64,000 nt of DNA from an uncultured Planctomycetota bacterium. GTDB lineage: Bacteria; Planctomycetota; PLA2; JAEUHO01. Every line of letters begins with the position of its first letter. Positions within the stretch are counted from its first letter, which is position 1. Position numbers and translations under genes: made by a program. The notes under the pieces were generated by a model. That model made no database searches and had not been told where the DNA came from. It saw nothing but the letters and a program-made list of their open reading frames with translations. Where the stretch lies: assembly GCA_963752285.1 (NCBI GenBank), contig CAVVXN010000005.1:928001-992000 (forward strand). The letters run 5' to 3'. Positions 8,726 through 17,464 of this stretch are shown piece after piece.

Positions 8726-9916
8726 ATGCACACCCTCACCGTCCGCCCCAGCCGCCGTGTCGCGTCGCTCCCCGGCTACGCCTTCGACGAGGTCGGAAAG
8801 CGCGTGGACGCGCTGAGGAGCCGCGGGATCGAGCCCATCGACTTCGGCGTCGGCGACCCGACCGTCCCGACGCCCGCGCTCGTGCGGGATCGACTCAAGA
8901 CGGCCGTGGACGAGCGCGCGACCTCCGGCTACCCCGCCTACCAGGGCGACCCGGCCTACCGCGCCGCCGCCGCCGGGTGGATGGAGCGTCGCTTCGGCGT
9001 CGCGCTCGACCCCGACCGCGAGGTGTGCGCGACGATCGGCAGCAAGGAGGCCGTCTTCCACGTCCACGAGGGGCTGCTCGACCCCGGCGACACGATCCTC
9101 GTCCCCTCGCCCGGGTACCCCCCCTACAAGCGCGGCGCTCGCTTCGCCGAGGCGGAGCCGTGGTTCTACCCGCTCCGTCGCGAGAACGGCTTCCTCCCCG
9201 ACCTCGACGCCATCCCGGACGACGTCGCGGCGCGCGCGCGCGCGATCTGGGTGTGCTACCCGAACTCGCCGAGCGGCGCGGTCGCGGACCGCGCGTTCTA
9301 CGACGGCCTGCGGGAACGCGCCCGGCGCCACGGGTGGATCGTGCTCTCGGACGAGGCGTACTCCGAGATCTACTTCACGGACGATCCCCCGCCCTCCGCG
9401 CTCGAGTCCGGGAAGGACGGCGTACTCGCCTTCTTCTCGCTCTCGAAGCGGAGTGCGATGACCGGCTGGCGCATCGGCTGGGTCGCCGGCGACCCGGAGC
9501 TCGTCTCCATCTTCCGCAAGGTCAAGACGAACGTCGACTCGGGCACCCCCACCTTCATCCAGGATGCCGCGGTCGCGGCCCTCTCGGACGAGACGCACGT
9601 CGCGTCGTTCCGCGCGGAGTACCGCGAGAAGCGGGACGTGCTCGTCCAGGCGCTCGTGGCGGCCGGCCTCCCCGACGCCACGCCCGACGCCACGCTCTAC
9701 GTCTGGCAGCCCGCGCCCGAGGGCACGAGCGGCGTGGACCTCGCGACGCGCCTCCTGGAGCCCGACGTGGCCGCGGTGACGACGCCGGGCGAGTGGATCT
9801 CGGACCCGCTCGCCGACGGCACGAACCCCGGTGCGGGTCACGTCCGCTTCGCGCTCGTGCCGAGCCTCGACGACACGCGCCGCGCCGCCGACCGCATCGC
9901 GCGCCTCCGGTTCTGA
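8726..9916 (+). CDS. PLP-dependent class I/II aminotransferase (diaminopimelate aminotransferase-like)
   Basis: DFGVGDP, GYP.Y.G, IGSKEA, CYPNSPSG, SDEAYSEI, SLSKRSAMTGWRIG. Confidence 0.9.
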   Translation: MHTLTVRPSRRVASLPGYAFDEVGKRVDALRSRGIEPIDFGVGDPTVPTPALVRDRLKTAVDERATSGYPAYQGDPAYRAAAAGWMERRFGVALDPDREVCATIGSKEAVFHVHEGLLDPGDTILVPSPGYPPYKRGARFAEAEPWFYPLRRENGFLPDLDAIPDDVAARARAIWVCYPNSPSGAVADRAFYDGLRERARRHGWIVLSDEAYSEIYFTDDPPPSALESGKDGVLAFFSLSKRSAMTGWRIGWVAGDPELVSIFRKVKTNVDSGTPTFIQDAAVAALSDETHVASFRAEYREKRDVLVQALVAAGLPDATPDATLYVWQPAPEGTSGVDLATRLLEPDVAAVTTPGEWISDPLADGTNPGAGHVRFALVPSLDDTRRAADRIARLRF

Positions 9917-9928
9917 CGACGGTCCGGC

Positions 9929-10672
9929 TCAGGTCGGCCGGCCGGGGACCTCGAGCTCGACCACCAGCGGCAGGTGGTCGCTCGTGACGCGCGTCGCGCG
10001 GTTGAGCACGCACGCCACGTGGTGGCAGCGGATCGGGTCGCGGTAGAGGATCTTGTCGAGTCCCACGATCGGGCGGCGCGAGGGCCACGTGCGCTCGCCG
10101 TGCGGCCGGCCGTCGGTTCTCGCGAGGTGGAACCCCCAGTCCTGGATCGCCTTCCGGACGAGGCCGCGCCCCCACTCGTTCCAGTCTCCGGCGATCACGA
10201 GGTGCGGGTTCCTCCCCGCGGCGTCGAAGAGGTGTCCGATCAGGCGGCGCATCTGGACGCGGCGCTCCACGTGGAAGAGCCCGAGGTGCACGTTCGCGAC
10301 CGTCCAGCCTCCGTCGGGACCCGAGCCCACGGTCGCGACGAGCGCGCTGCGTCGCTTCTTCGGCGGGATGGTGAGGTCCACGTTGTGGACGTGACGGAGC
10401 GGCGCCTTCGACAGGGTGAGGTTGCCGTACGCACCGCCCTTCACCCGGACGTTCAGGCCGAGCGCCGAGTGCCGGTAGCCGAGCTCCTTGGCGAGCCGCT
10501 GCCCCTGCCGCTCGAGCTTGGAGCGGGGCACGCCCTCGTCCACCTCCTGGAGACACACGACGTCCGCGTCGAGCTCGGCCAGGACGTCCACGACGCGGTC
10601 GAGCCGGTACAGACGGTCGGTCCCGATGCCCTTGTGGATGTTCCAGGTGACGATGCGGAGGCGCGAGGACAT
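9929..10672 (-). CDS. Endonuclease/exonuclease/phosphatase family protein
   Basis: IVTWNIHKG, LQEVD, YGN..LS, NVHLGL, AGDWNEW, LDKILY, SDHLPL. Confidence 0.9.
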   Translation of the reverse strand: MSSRLRIVTWNIHKGIGTDRLYRLDRVVDVLAELDADVVCLQEVDEGVPRSKLERQGQRLAKELGYRHSALGLNVRVKGGAYGNLTLSKAPLRHVHNVDLTIPPKKRRSALVATVGSGPDGGWTVANVHLGLFHVERRVQMRRLIGHLFDAAGRNPHLVIAGDWNEWGRGLVRKAIQDWGFHLARTDGRPHGERTWPSRRPIVGLDKILYRDPIRCHHVACVLNRATRVTSDHLPLVVELEVPGRPT

Positions 10673-10735
10673 CCGCGGCGAGTATCCACCCGCCCCGAGC
10701 CCGGGAGGAGGACGGCGCGGTACGCTGGGACCGTC

Positions 10736-12250
10736 GTGCCGCCCCGCCCCGCCCGTCTCCCGCTCCTCGCGCTCGGGATCGGGGTCCTCGTCGCCTCCGG
10801 CGGCGTGGGCCGGGCGGCCGAGCCCCCGCCCTCGCCCGCGGCGATCGACGAGGCGATCGACCGGGGCGTCGCCTGGCTCGTGGGCGAGCAGGAGCCCACC
10901 GGCGCGTTCGACACGGGGAGCCGCGCGCTCGGTCACACGGCGCTCGCCGTCTACGCCCTGCTGCACGCGGGGCTCGAGGAGAGGACGAGCCGACCGCTTG
11001 GCCGCGCGCTCGCGTACCTCGACCGGACGGGACCCGGACGGACCCGACGGCCCGATCGGGAGGCCCGGACCTACGAGACGGCGCTCCTCGTCCTCGTCCT
11101 CTGCGACCGCGGTCGGCAGGAGGACCGGGAGCGGACCGGGCGCCTCGTGCGCGTCCTCGAGCGGATGCAGGCGTCGAACGGCCAGTGGTCGTACGAGCTC
11201 GGGCACGAGAGACCGACGGCCGGCGACAACAGCAACGCCCAGTTCGCCGTCCTGGCCCTGGGCGCCGCGGTCGGCGACGGTGTTCCCGTGGACCCGGAGG
11301 CGCTGCACCGCGCCTGGGGCTGGTGGCGGACCTCCTCTGGCCGCGACGGGGGGTTCGGCTACGCGTCGGGCGGCGCCCCCGACTCGCAGAGCACCGGGTC
11401 GATGACGGCGGCGGGCATCGCGTCGCTCGCGATCCTCGAGGCCGCGTTCGCGGGCGCGTCCACCGTCGTCGGCGAGAAGGACCGCGCGGTCGCGAGCCGC
11501 GCGCTCTCCCGGGCCGTGGACCGGCTCGCCGAGGGCTTCTCCGTCGAGACGAACTTCGGGCCCGCGCAGGGCGGCGCCGGTCAGCGACAGCGAAACGCCG
11601 GGCGCGGGTGGCTGCACTACTACCTCTGGAGCGTCGAACGGGCGATGGTCCTCGCCGGTCGAGAGACGATCGGGGGGCGCGACTGGTACGCGGAGGGCGC
11701 GCGGCGCCTCCTCGCGACGCAGGCGAAGGACGGCTCGTGGCGCGGCGAGCTCCCGCTCTACGCCACCTCGTTCGCGCTGCTCTTCCTCACGCGCGCCGCG
11801 GACCCGCCGCGCGCGTTCACGCCGCGGGAGGACGCGCCCGGCCGGGCGGTGACGCCCGGTCCCGAGCCGCCCCCCGCGACGCCCCTCGCGCCGGCGCCGC
11901 CCGGGGCGCCGCTCGAGGCGCTCCTCGCGGCGAACGTCACGCCGGACGTCCTCCTCTCGCGCGCCCTCGACGAGGGACCCCCGTGCCTCGACCTCCTCGT
12001 CCGCGCGCTCGAGGACCCCGACGGCGGCGTCCGTCGCCGAGCGAACGAGCTCCTCCGCCTGCTCCTCGGCGACGAGCGCGTCGGCCTCGCGGACCGACAT
12101 CCGCTCGCGCGCGGCCGTCTCGCGCTCTGGGTCCGCCGGAACCGTCGCTTCCTCGTCGCGAGGGACGGCCGCTTCGTCCTCACGGGTCTCGCGCCCCCGC
12201 CCGCGGGGGGGAACGCGACGCCCGGGGGATCGACGCCGCCCCCGCGGTGA
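10736..12250 (+). CDS. Secreted prenyltransferase/squalene-oxidase repeat (alpha/alpha toroid) protein with C-terminal HEAT-like segment
   Basis: AIDRGVAWL..Q..G, Q..NGQWSY, GDNSNAQFAVLAL, DGGFGY, YYLWSVER, DWYAEGA..LL..Q..DGSW, TSFALLFL. Confidence 0.75.
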   Translation: MPPRPARLPLLALGIGVLVASGGVGRAAEPPPSPAAIDEAIDRGVAWLVGEQEPTGAFDTGSRALGHTALAVYALLHAGLEERTSRPLGRALAYLDRTGPGRTRRPDREARTYETALLVLVLCDRGRQEDRERTGRLVRVLERMQASNGQWSYELGHERPTAGDNSNAQFAVLALGAAVGDGVPVDPEALHRAWGWWRTSSGRDGGFGYASGGAPDSQSTGSMTAAGIASLAILEAAFAGASTVVGEKDRAVASRALSRAVDRLAEGFSVETNFGPAQGGAGQRQRNAGRGWLHYYLWSVERAMVLAGRETIGGRDWYAEGARRLLATQAKDGSWRGELPLYATSFALLFLTRAADPPRAFTPREDAPGRAVTPGPEPPPATPLAPAPPGAPLEALLAANVTPDVLLSRALDEGPPCLDLLVRALEDPDGGVRRRANELLRLLLGDERVGLADRHPLARGRLALWVRRNRRFLVARDGRFVLTGLAPPPAGGNATPGGSTPPPR

Positions 12251-12380
12251 CCGCCGAGGCGCGCGGCCGGCGCGCGGGCCCAGGCCGGGCGCGCGGTCCC
12301 CCGGGGCCGGCGCCCCCGATTTGCACGCGTTTTGCGCGGCGCCGACACGCGTCGCGGTAGCGTTCGTGCGGAGGTGTCCC

Positions 12381-13931
12381 GTGCAGAAGTCCGCGCTCGC
12401 GCTCCTCGCTCCCGTCCTCGTCCTCCTCCTCGGCGCCGGCGGCTCGGTCGTTCCCGTGCGGGCCGACGACGAAGCGCCCCAAACCGCGGAAGGCCTTCGC
12501 GTCCGGGCCCGCGTCGATCCGTCCTCGCTCGGCGCGGGCGACCGCGTGACGTTCACCGCGACCTTCGAGAACGTCGGCGACACGCCGCGCTCGTTCTTCG
12601 TCCCGCTCCATCCCGACCTCGACGGGTTCCCGCGCTGGGAGCTCGTGGGCGCCTCGGGGACGGTCCTCGTGCCGGGCGCCGCGACCTACCAGAGCATGTG
12701 GAAGGAAGGCCTGCAGGGCGAGATCGTCGAGCTCGAGCCCGGCGCCTCGCGGAGCTGGTCCTTCTCCCGCTCCGCGTTCCTCGTGACCGGGGGACCGCAC
12801 GACGCCGTCGAGGCGCCGCTCGCCCCCGGGCGCTACCTGGTCCGGGCCACGTACGTCCAGGCCGACGACACGGTGCCGTTCTCCGAGACGGCCTTTCGGA
12901 CCACGCGGCGGCACGAGCCCGGCCTCTGGTCGGGACGGCTCCGCTCCGCGCCCGCGGTTCTCGAAGTCCTGCCCTCGGGCCGCCCGGACCTCGCGGTCGA
13001 GTCCCCGGCGCGCGTCGAGGCCGGGGCGCCGCTCCCGGTGAGGGTGGTCCTCCGAAATCCGGGCCCGGAGGCGTTCCGGGCCACCGGGTTCTTCGAGGTG
13101 GCCGTCCACTCGAAGCCGTGGGGAAGCGCGGCCCTCCGCGCGCTCCCGCGGGGTCGGGCGCTCGAAGCGGCCCCGCCCGGCGCCACGGGCGAGGTGCGGA
13201 TCGCGCCCGGCGAGCGCCTCGTCCTCGAGACCGATCTCGCGGCGCAGACCTTCCACGGGCGCCGGGGCGGCGTCGAGTGCGCCGAGGGCCTCTACGACGT
13301 CGTCCGCTCGGACGGGTTCGCGCTGTCCGTCGCGCTCGTCGTGGGCGGGGAGCGACGCCTGGTGGCGACGCGCACCGTCACCGTCGCGGAGCGCGACCCC
13401 GCGGCGCTCGGGGGCCTCTCGCTTCGCGTCGAGCCCTCGCCCGCCGCGGCCGTTTCCTCGCCGACCGTGGTTGTGATCCTCGAGAACACGGGCCCCGGTC
13501 CCGTGAGCGTCCCCGCCTCGCTCTCCTACCCGCGTCACGTGTTCCTGTCGATCCGCCCGGTCGGCGGCGGGGCGACGAGCTACGCCGTGACGATGGCCGC
13601 ACCCTCGACGGCGGACGGCCTCGTGTTGCCCGAGGAGCCCGGCATGCGCGCCCAGGTGCCCGAGGGACTGGCGTGGGACGCCGCGGCGTTCGAGGACGCC
13701 GGCTCCCTCGATCGCGCGACCACCGTGGTCCTCGCGCCCGGCGCGTCGCTCCGGCGCCGGTTGGTGCTCTCCGACCTCCTCTCGGGCGGCGACCTGGGGA
13801 CGGCGGGGACGCTCGAGGTCCGGGCCTACTGGCGAAATCTCGAGAACGGATCCCGCTTGGGCCTGCCCACCCCGCTCGCGGTCGGGCTGATCGGAAGCGA
13901 TCCCGTCGCCGTTCCGGGCTCCACGCGATGA
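12381..13931 (+). CDS. Secreted hypothetical protein with three repeated Ig-like beta modules
   Basis: GGAGG RBS, signal peptide; FENVGDTP..LEPGAS / LRNPGPEA..IAPGER / LENTGPGP..LAPGAS. Confidence 0.65.
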   Translation: MQKSALALLAPVLVLLLGAGGSVVPVRADDEAPQTAEGLRVRARVDPSSLGAGDRVTFTATFENVGDTPRSFFVPLHPDLDGFPRWELVGASGTVLVPGAATYQSMWKEGLQGEIVELEPGASRSWSFSRSAFLVTGGPHDAVEAPLAPGRYLVRATYVQADDTVPFSETAFRTTRRHEPGLWSGRLRSAPAVLEVLPSGRPDLAVESPARVEAGAPLPVRVVLRNPGPEAFRATGFFEVAVHSKPWGSAALRALPRGRALEAAPPGATGEVRIAPGERLVLETDLAAQTFHGRRGGVECAEGLYDVVRSDGFALSVALVVGGERRLVATRTVTVAERDPAALGGLSLRVEPSPAAAVSSPTVVVILENTGPGPVSVPASLSYPRHVFLSIRPVGGGATSYAVTMAAPSTADGLVLPEEPGMRAQVPEGLAWDAAAFEDAGSLDRATTVVLAPGASLRRRLVLSDLLSGGDLGTAGTLEVRAYWRNLENGSRLGLPTPLAVGLIGSDPVAVPGSTR

Positions 13932-14094
13932 GCCCCGGAACCGCTCAGCCCGTGAAGGACGGGGCCGAGGGCCCGAGGCCGAGCGAGGGGGCGCGAGGAG
14001 GAGGCGACTCCGCCGTGGGTCGCGGACGACCAGCAATACCGCGTCGCGGCGCCGCCGCCGGCCGAAGCCCAGGACTCGATTCCTTCCCAGGCTC

Positions 14095-15102
14095 TCAGGC
14101 CAGCGCGAGGGCTCGCGTCGCCTGGCACATCTCGTCGTGGATCGCGCGGACCCGTTCCACGCGCGCGTCGGGCACCCCGTCGCCGACCGTCCCGACGAGG
14201 CGGCACGACGCGAAGCCGCGCGCGACGCGCTCGTAGCGACGGACCCAGTTCGAACGCACGCGGAGCTTCCCGGGGTCCTCCACGGGCCACGTACCCCCGG
14301 CGCGGAAGGGCTCCGCGATCCCGGCCCGCCACGGTTTCGGGCTCACGCGGGCGCGAAAGCACTTCTGGAGCCGACACATGCGGTCGTAGAGCGGGTCCGC
14401 ATCCACGAAGCGCATGAACTCGAACGTCTCGTCCCGGGCCGCGTCGAACGACGCGTGGACGGGAAGGAGCCGCGCGCCCGCGGGCGTCTCGTAGACGACG
14501 ACGCGCCACCCGGGGTGGGTCCGGCACCAGTCCCGGGTGCGGTCGGTCGCCCAGGCGACGACGTCCCGTCGCCGCGGGTCGCGTCTGTCGCGAAGCCGGC
14601 CGCTCAGCGCGAACACCGCGCCGAGCACGACGGCCCCGCCCACGGTCCCGTGGAGCCAGCCGACCGGGGGGAGCACGCTGGCCACGACGGCCCCGAGCGT
14701 GGCGCCGAGGAGCGCGCCGACGACGAATCGTCCGGAGGCGTGCGACGCGACGTCGTCTACGTCCACGAACATGGCGTCCCTCGTGTTGAGGCAGAGCGCG
14801 CCGTAGCCGTTTCGCGTCACGACGACGTCGGCCTCCGGCCGCTCCTCCACGATCTCCTCGCGAATCGGCAGTCCGTCGGAGCCGGCGTAGGCGACCGCGC
14901 GTTCCCGCCGCGTGAAGCCGTGCAGCGCGTCGGGCCCGCCGGCGCGCAATACGGCGACGGCCTCCTCGACGCGCTGCCGGGCGTGGGTCGCGGCGTCCGC
15001 CGCGCTCGTCGAGGACCACCCGAAGCGGCGAACCGTGACCTGTCGCCCTTCGGGAAGCGACTCCCGGTGGGACGCCTCGGACCAGTACCGCGGGACGAAC
15101 AC
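14095..15102 (-). CDS. Conserved hypothetical membrane protein
   Basis: Protein-like composition; VTRNGYGALCLNT..MFVDVD, two TM helices, YETPAG.R, DPLY..MC..QKCFRARVSPKPWR. Confidence 0.7.
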   Translation of the reverse strand: MFVPRYWSEASHRESLPEGRQVTVRRFGWSSTSAADAATHARQRVEEAVAVLRAGGPDALHGFTRRERAVAYAGSDGLPIREEIVEERPEADVVVTRNGYGALCLNTRDAMFVDVDDVASHASGRFVVGALLGATLGAVVASVLPPVGWLHGTVGGAVVLGAVFALSGRLRDRRDPRRRDVVAWATDRTRDWCRTHPGWRVVVYETPAGARLLPVHASFDAARDETFEFMRFVDADPLYDRMCRLQKCFRARVSPKPWRAGIAEPFRAGGTWPVEDPGKLRVRSNWVRRYERVARGFASCRLVGTVGDGVPDARVERVRAIHDEMCQATRALALA

Positions 15103-15242
15103 GGAACGAGACCCTACCGCGAGGGGACGTCGGCCCGTGCCGCGCCGCGTGCGCGCGTCACGCACCTCCGTCCGGGCTCCGGGGGTCGGGGACCCAGGCG
15201 GCGACGGCGAGACCGGGAGCGGCGGGGCGCGAACGCCTGCGA

Positions 15243-15271
15243 TTGACCCCCCCGGACCTCCGTGGCAGATT
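15243..15271 (+). promoter_or_regulatory. Sigma70-like promoter
   Basis: TTGACC-N17-CAGATT with an extended -10 TG. Confidence 0.45.
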
Positions 15272-15277
15272 TCCGCC

Positions 15278-15470
15278 GCTCCGAGGGTCCTTCGAAGAGA
15301 CGGCCGAGCGGACGGAGGCGGCCGTCTCCGACGCCACGTGGAGGAACCTCCGACTCGACCGGCCCGGGTGCGCGGAACCGGCACCACGGAAGTGGATCAC
15401 GTAGCTCCCCCTGGGATTGGCCTCCCGAGAGCCGCGCCTCGCGGATCGTGTCTTCGAGTCCCCTCGGGTC
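15278..15470 (+). ncRNA. Candidate ~190-nt rod-shaped ncRNA (6S-like)
   Basis: End-to-end pairing 15281-15287/15461-15467 and 15292-15302/15447-15457; inner helices 15314-15319/15420-15425 and 15333-15340/15398-15405 flank a ~13/14-nt bubble; upstream promoter and downstream hairpin 15469-15495. Confidence 0.35.
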
Positions 15471-15624
15471 GGTTCCCGTCGTGGACCGGGACCGATGCGC
15501 GGCCGCGAACGACGCGCGAGGAGAGCCGGACGGGTCCGCGGGGTCGGACGTGACCGGGCGCCGAGCCCGGGCTGCCGTCCCCCTCCCGCCTCGAGGCGCC
15601 GCACGGGACGGAGAGAGGATCACC

Positions 15625-17403
15625 ATGAGACAGCAGGTGAACGTTCGCACGTCGGGTCGGCCGGAGCCGGCGACGCCCCCTCCGGTCATCCTGGCGCTCG
15701 ACGGCGACCCGGAGGGCCTGAGCCGGCTCGAAGCGACGCTGTGCGCGCGCTACGGCCAGGACTACCGGGTCGAGTGCATGCGATCGCCGCGCGAGGCGCT
15801 CTCCCGCCTGGAAGGGCTGGCCGCGGTCCACGAGGACGTCGCCTTGGTGCTCGCCGGCGCCGCGCTGGACGGAAGGACGGGCAGCGACTTCCTCGAGCGC
15901 GTCCGCCGCCTCCATCCGAACGCCCGACGCGTGCTCGTGATCGCCTGGGGCGCGTGGGGCGTTCCGGCCACGGGGAAGGTCATCTACGACTCGATCTCCC
16001 AGGGCCGGATCGAGCACTACGTGGTCCGCCCGACCGAGCCTCCCGACGAGCTCTTCCACCACGAGATCTCGGGGTGGCTCCTCGACTGGGCCGAGTCGCA
16101 GCGCGCCTCGCCCTACACCGTCAACATCGTCGGCGCGTCCTGGTCCGGCCGGGCCTACGAGCTCCGAGAGATCCTGGGGGGCTGCGCCGTCCCGCACGCC
16201 TTCACCCTCGCGGACTCCCCCGCCGGCCAGGAGCTCTTGCGCCGGACGGGTGCCGCGGGCGGCCTGCCGCTCGTCATCTTCCCGGACGGCACCGTGCTCT
16301 ACGACCCGACCAACGCCGAGATCGTGGAGGCCACGGGCGCGCCGGTCATCCCCGCCGGCGCCGAGTTCGACCTCGTGATCGTGGGCGCGGGACCGGCCGG
16401 CCTGTCCGCCGCGGTCTACGGCGCCTCCGAGGGCTTCGACGTCCTCGTCGTGGACCAGGGCGGCATCGGCGGCCAGGCGACGTCGAGCGCGTTGATCCGG
16501 AACTACCTCGGCTTCGCTCGTGGGGTGAGCGGTCGCCGGCTCGCCCGCGACGCGTACGAGCAGGCGTGGGTGTTCGGGGCGCGCTTCGCCTTCATGCAGA
16601 CCGTGAAGGAGCTCTGCCGAGACGACACCGGGCTCGCGATCACGCTCTCGGACAGCGGACGCATCCGCGCGAGCGCGGTTCTCCTCGCGACGGGTGCCGC
16701 CTATCAGCGGATCGGGATCCCGGCGCTGGAGGCGCTGAACGGGGCCGGCGTGTTCTACGGAGGCACGGCGTCCGAGGCGCCCGCGATGGCCGGGCGCGAC
16801 GTGTACGTGATCGGAGGCGCGAACTCGGCCGGACAGGCCGCGCTCCATCTCGCGCGGTACGCGGCGCGCGTCACGTTGGTCGTCCGAGCCGACGCGCTCG
16901 ACACGGGGATGTCGCAGTACCTGGTCCGGCAGGTGGAAGCGACGCCGACGATCGAGGTCCGACTCCAGACCGAGGTGGTGGACGGTGGCGGTGCCGGACG
17001 TCTCGAGCGCCTCGTGCTCCGGGACCTCGGGACCGGAGCCGAGCAGACCGTCGCGGCCGACGGCCTGTTCTTGATGATCGGAGCGCGGCCGCGCACGGGC
17101 TGGCTGCCACCCGACGTCGTGCGAGACGACGGAGGCTTCATCGTCACCGGCCCGGGTCTCGCGGGTCGCGGCCCCTGGCCCCTCGATCGTCCGCCCTTCT
17201 CGCTCGAGACGAGCGTACCGGGGGTGTTCGCGGCGGGGGACGCGCGCAGCGGCTCGGTGAAGCGCGTGGCCTCGGCGGTGGGCGAGGGCTCGGTCGCGGT
17301 CCAGCAGCTCCACCAGTTCTTCGAGGCGCACGGGCTCCGCCCCCGCGGCCTTCCGGGCGGCGCCCTCGAGACCGGGGAACCGATCGGGTCCCGCGTTCCC
17401 TGA
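15625..17403 (+). CDS. Receiver-domain / thioredoxin-reductase-like FAD-dependent oxidoreductase fusion
   Basis: N-terminal REC-like domain; DLVIVGAGPAGLSAAVY, GGQA..S..IRNYLGF, VIGGANSAGQAA, ETSVPGVFAAGD. Confidence 0.85.
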   Translation: MRQQVNVRTSGRPEPATPPPVILALDGDPEGLSRLEATLCARYGQDYRVECMRSPREALSRLEGLAAVHEDVALVLAGAALDGRTGSDFLERVRRLHPNARRVLVIAWGAWGVPATGKVIYDSISQGRIEHYVVRPTEPPDELFHHEISGWLLDWAESQRASPYTVNIVGASWSGRAYELREILGGCAVPHAFTLADSPAGQELLRRTGAAGGLPLVIFPDGTVLYDPTNAEIVEATGAPVIPAGAEFDLVIVGAGPAGLSAAVYGASEGFDVLVVDQGGIGGQATSSALIRNYLGFARGVSGRRLARDAYEQAWVFGARFAFMQTVKELCRDDTGLAITLSDSGRIRASAVLLATGAAYQRIGIPALEALNGAGVFYGGTASEAPAMAGRDVYVIGGANSAGQAALHLARYAARVTLVVRADALDTGMSQYLVRQVEATPTIEVRLQTEVVDGGGAGRLERLVLRDLGTGAEQTVAADGLFLMIGARPRTGWLPPDVVRDDGGFIVTGPGLAGRGPWPLDRPPFSLETSVPGVFAAGDARSGSVKRVASAVGEGSVAVQQLHQFFEAHGLRPRGLPGGALETGEPIGSRVP

Positions 17404-17464
17404 CGCCCACCGCCCCACGTCCCTCGCGTCGTCCGCCGGCGCCGGCCCGGGGGCTCCCGGGTTC

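Noticed and set aside
2132..9987. Very long alternative ORFs (e.g. 2132-5647, 5629-9987, 43188-46880, 49576-53148, 51867-55472)
   Set aside because: Arg/Pro/Ala-rich shadow frames of real genes, caused by stop-codon scarcity at very high GC
10736..12250. Squalene-hopene cyclase
   Set aside because: Only QW-like repeats; no DxDD motif, signal peptide present and no hpn context
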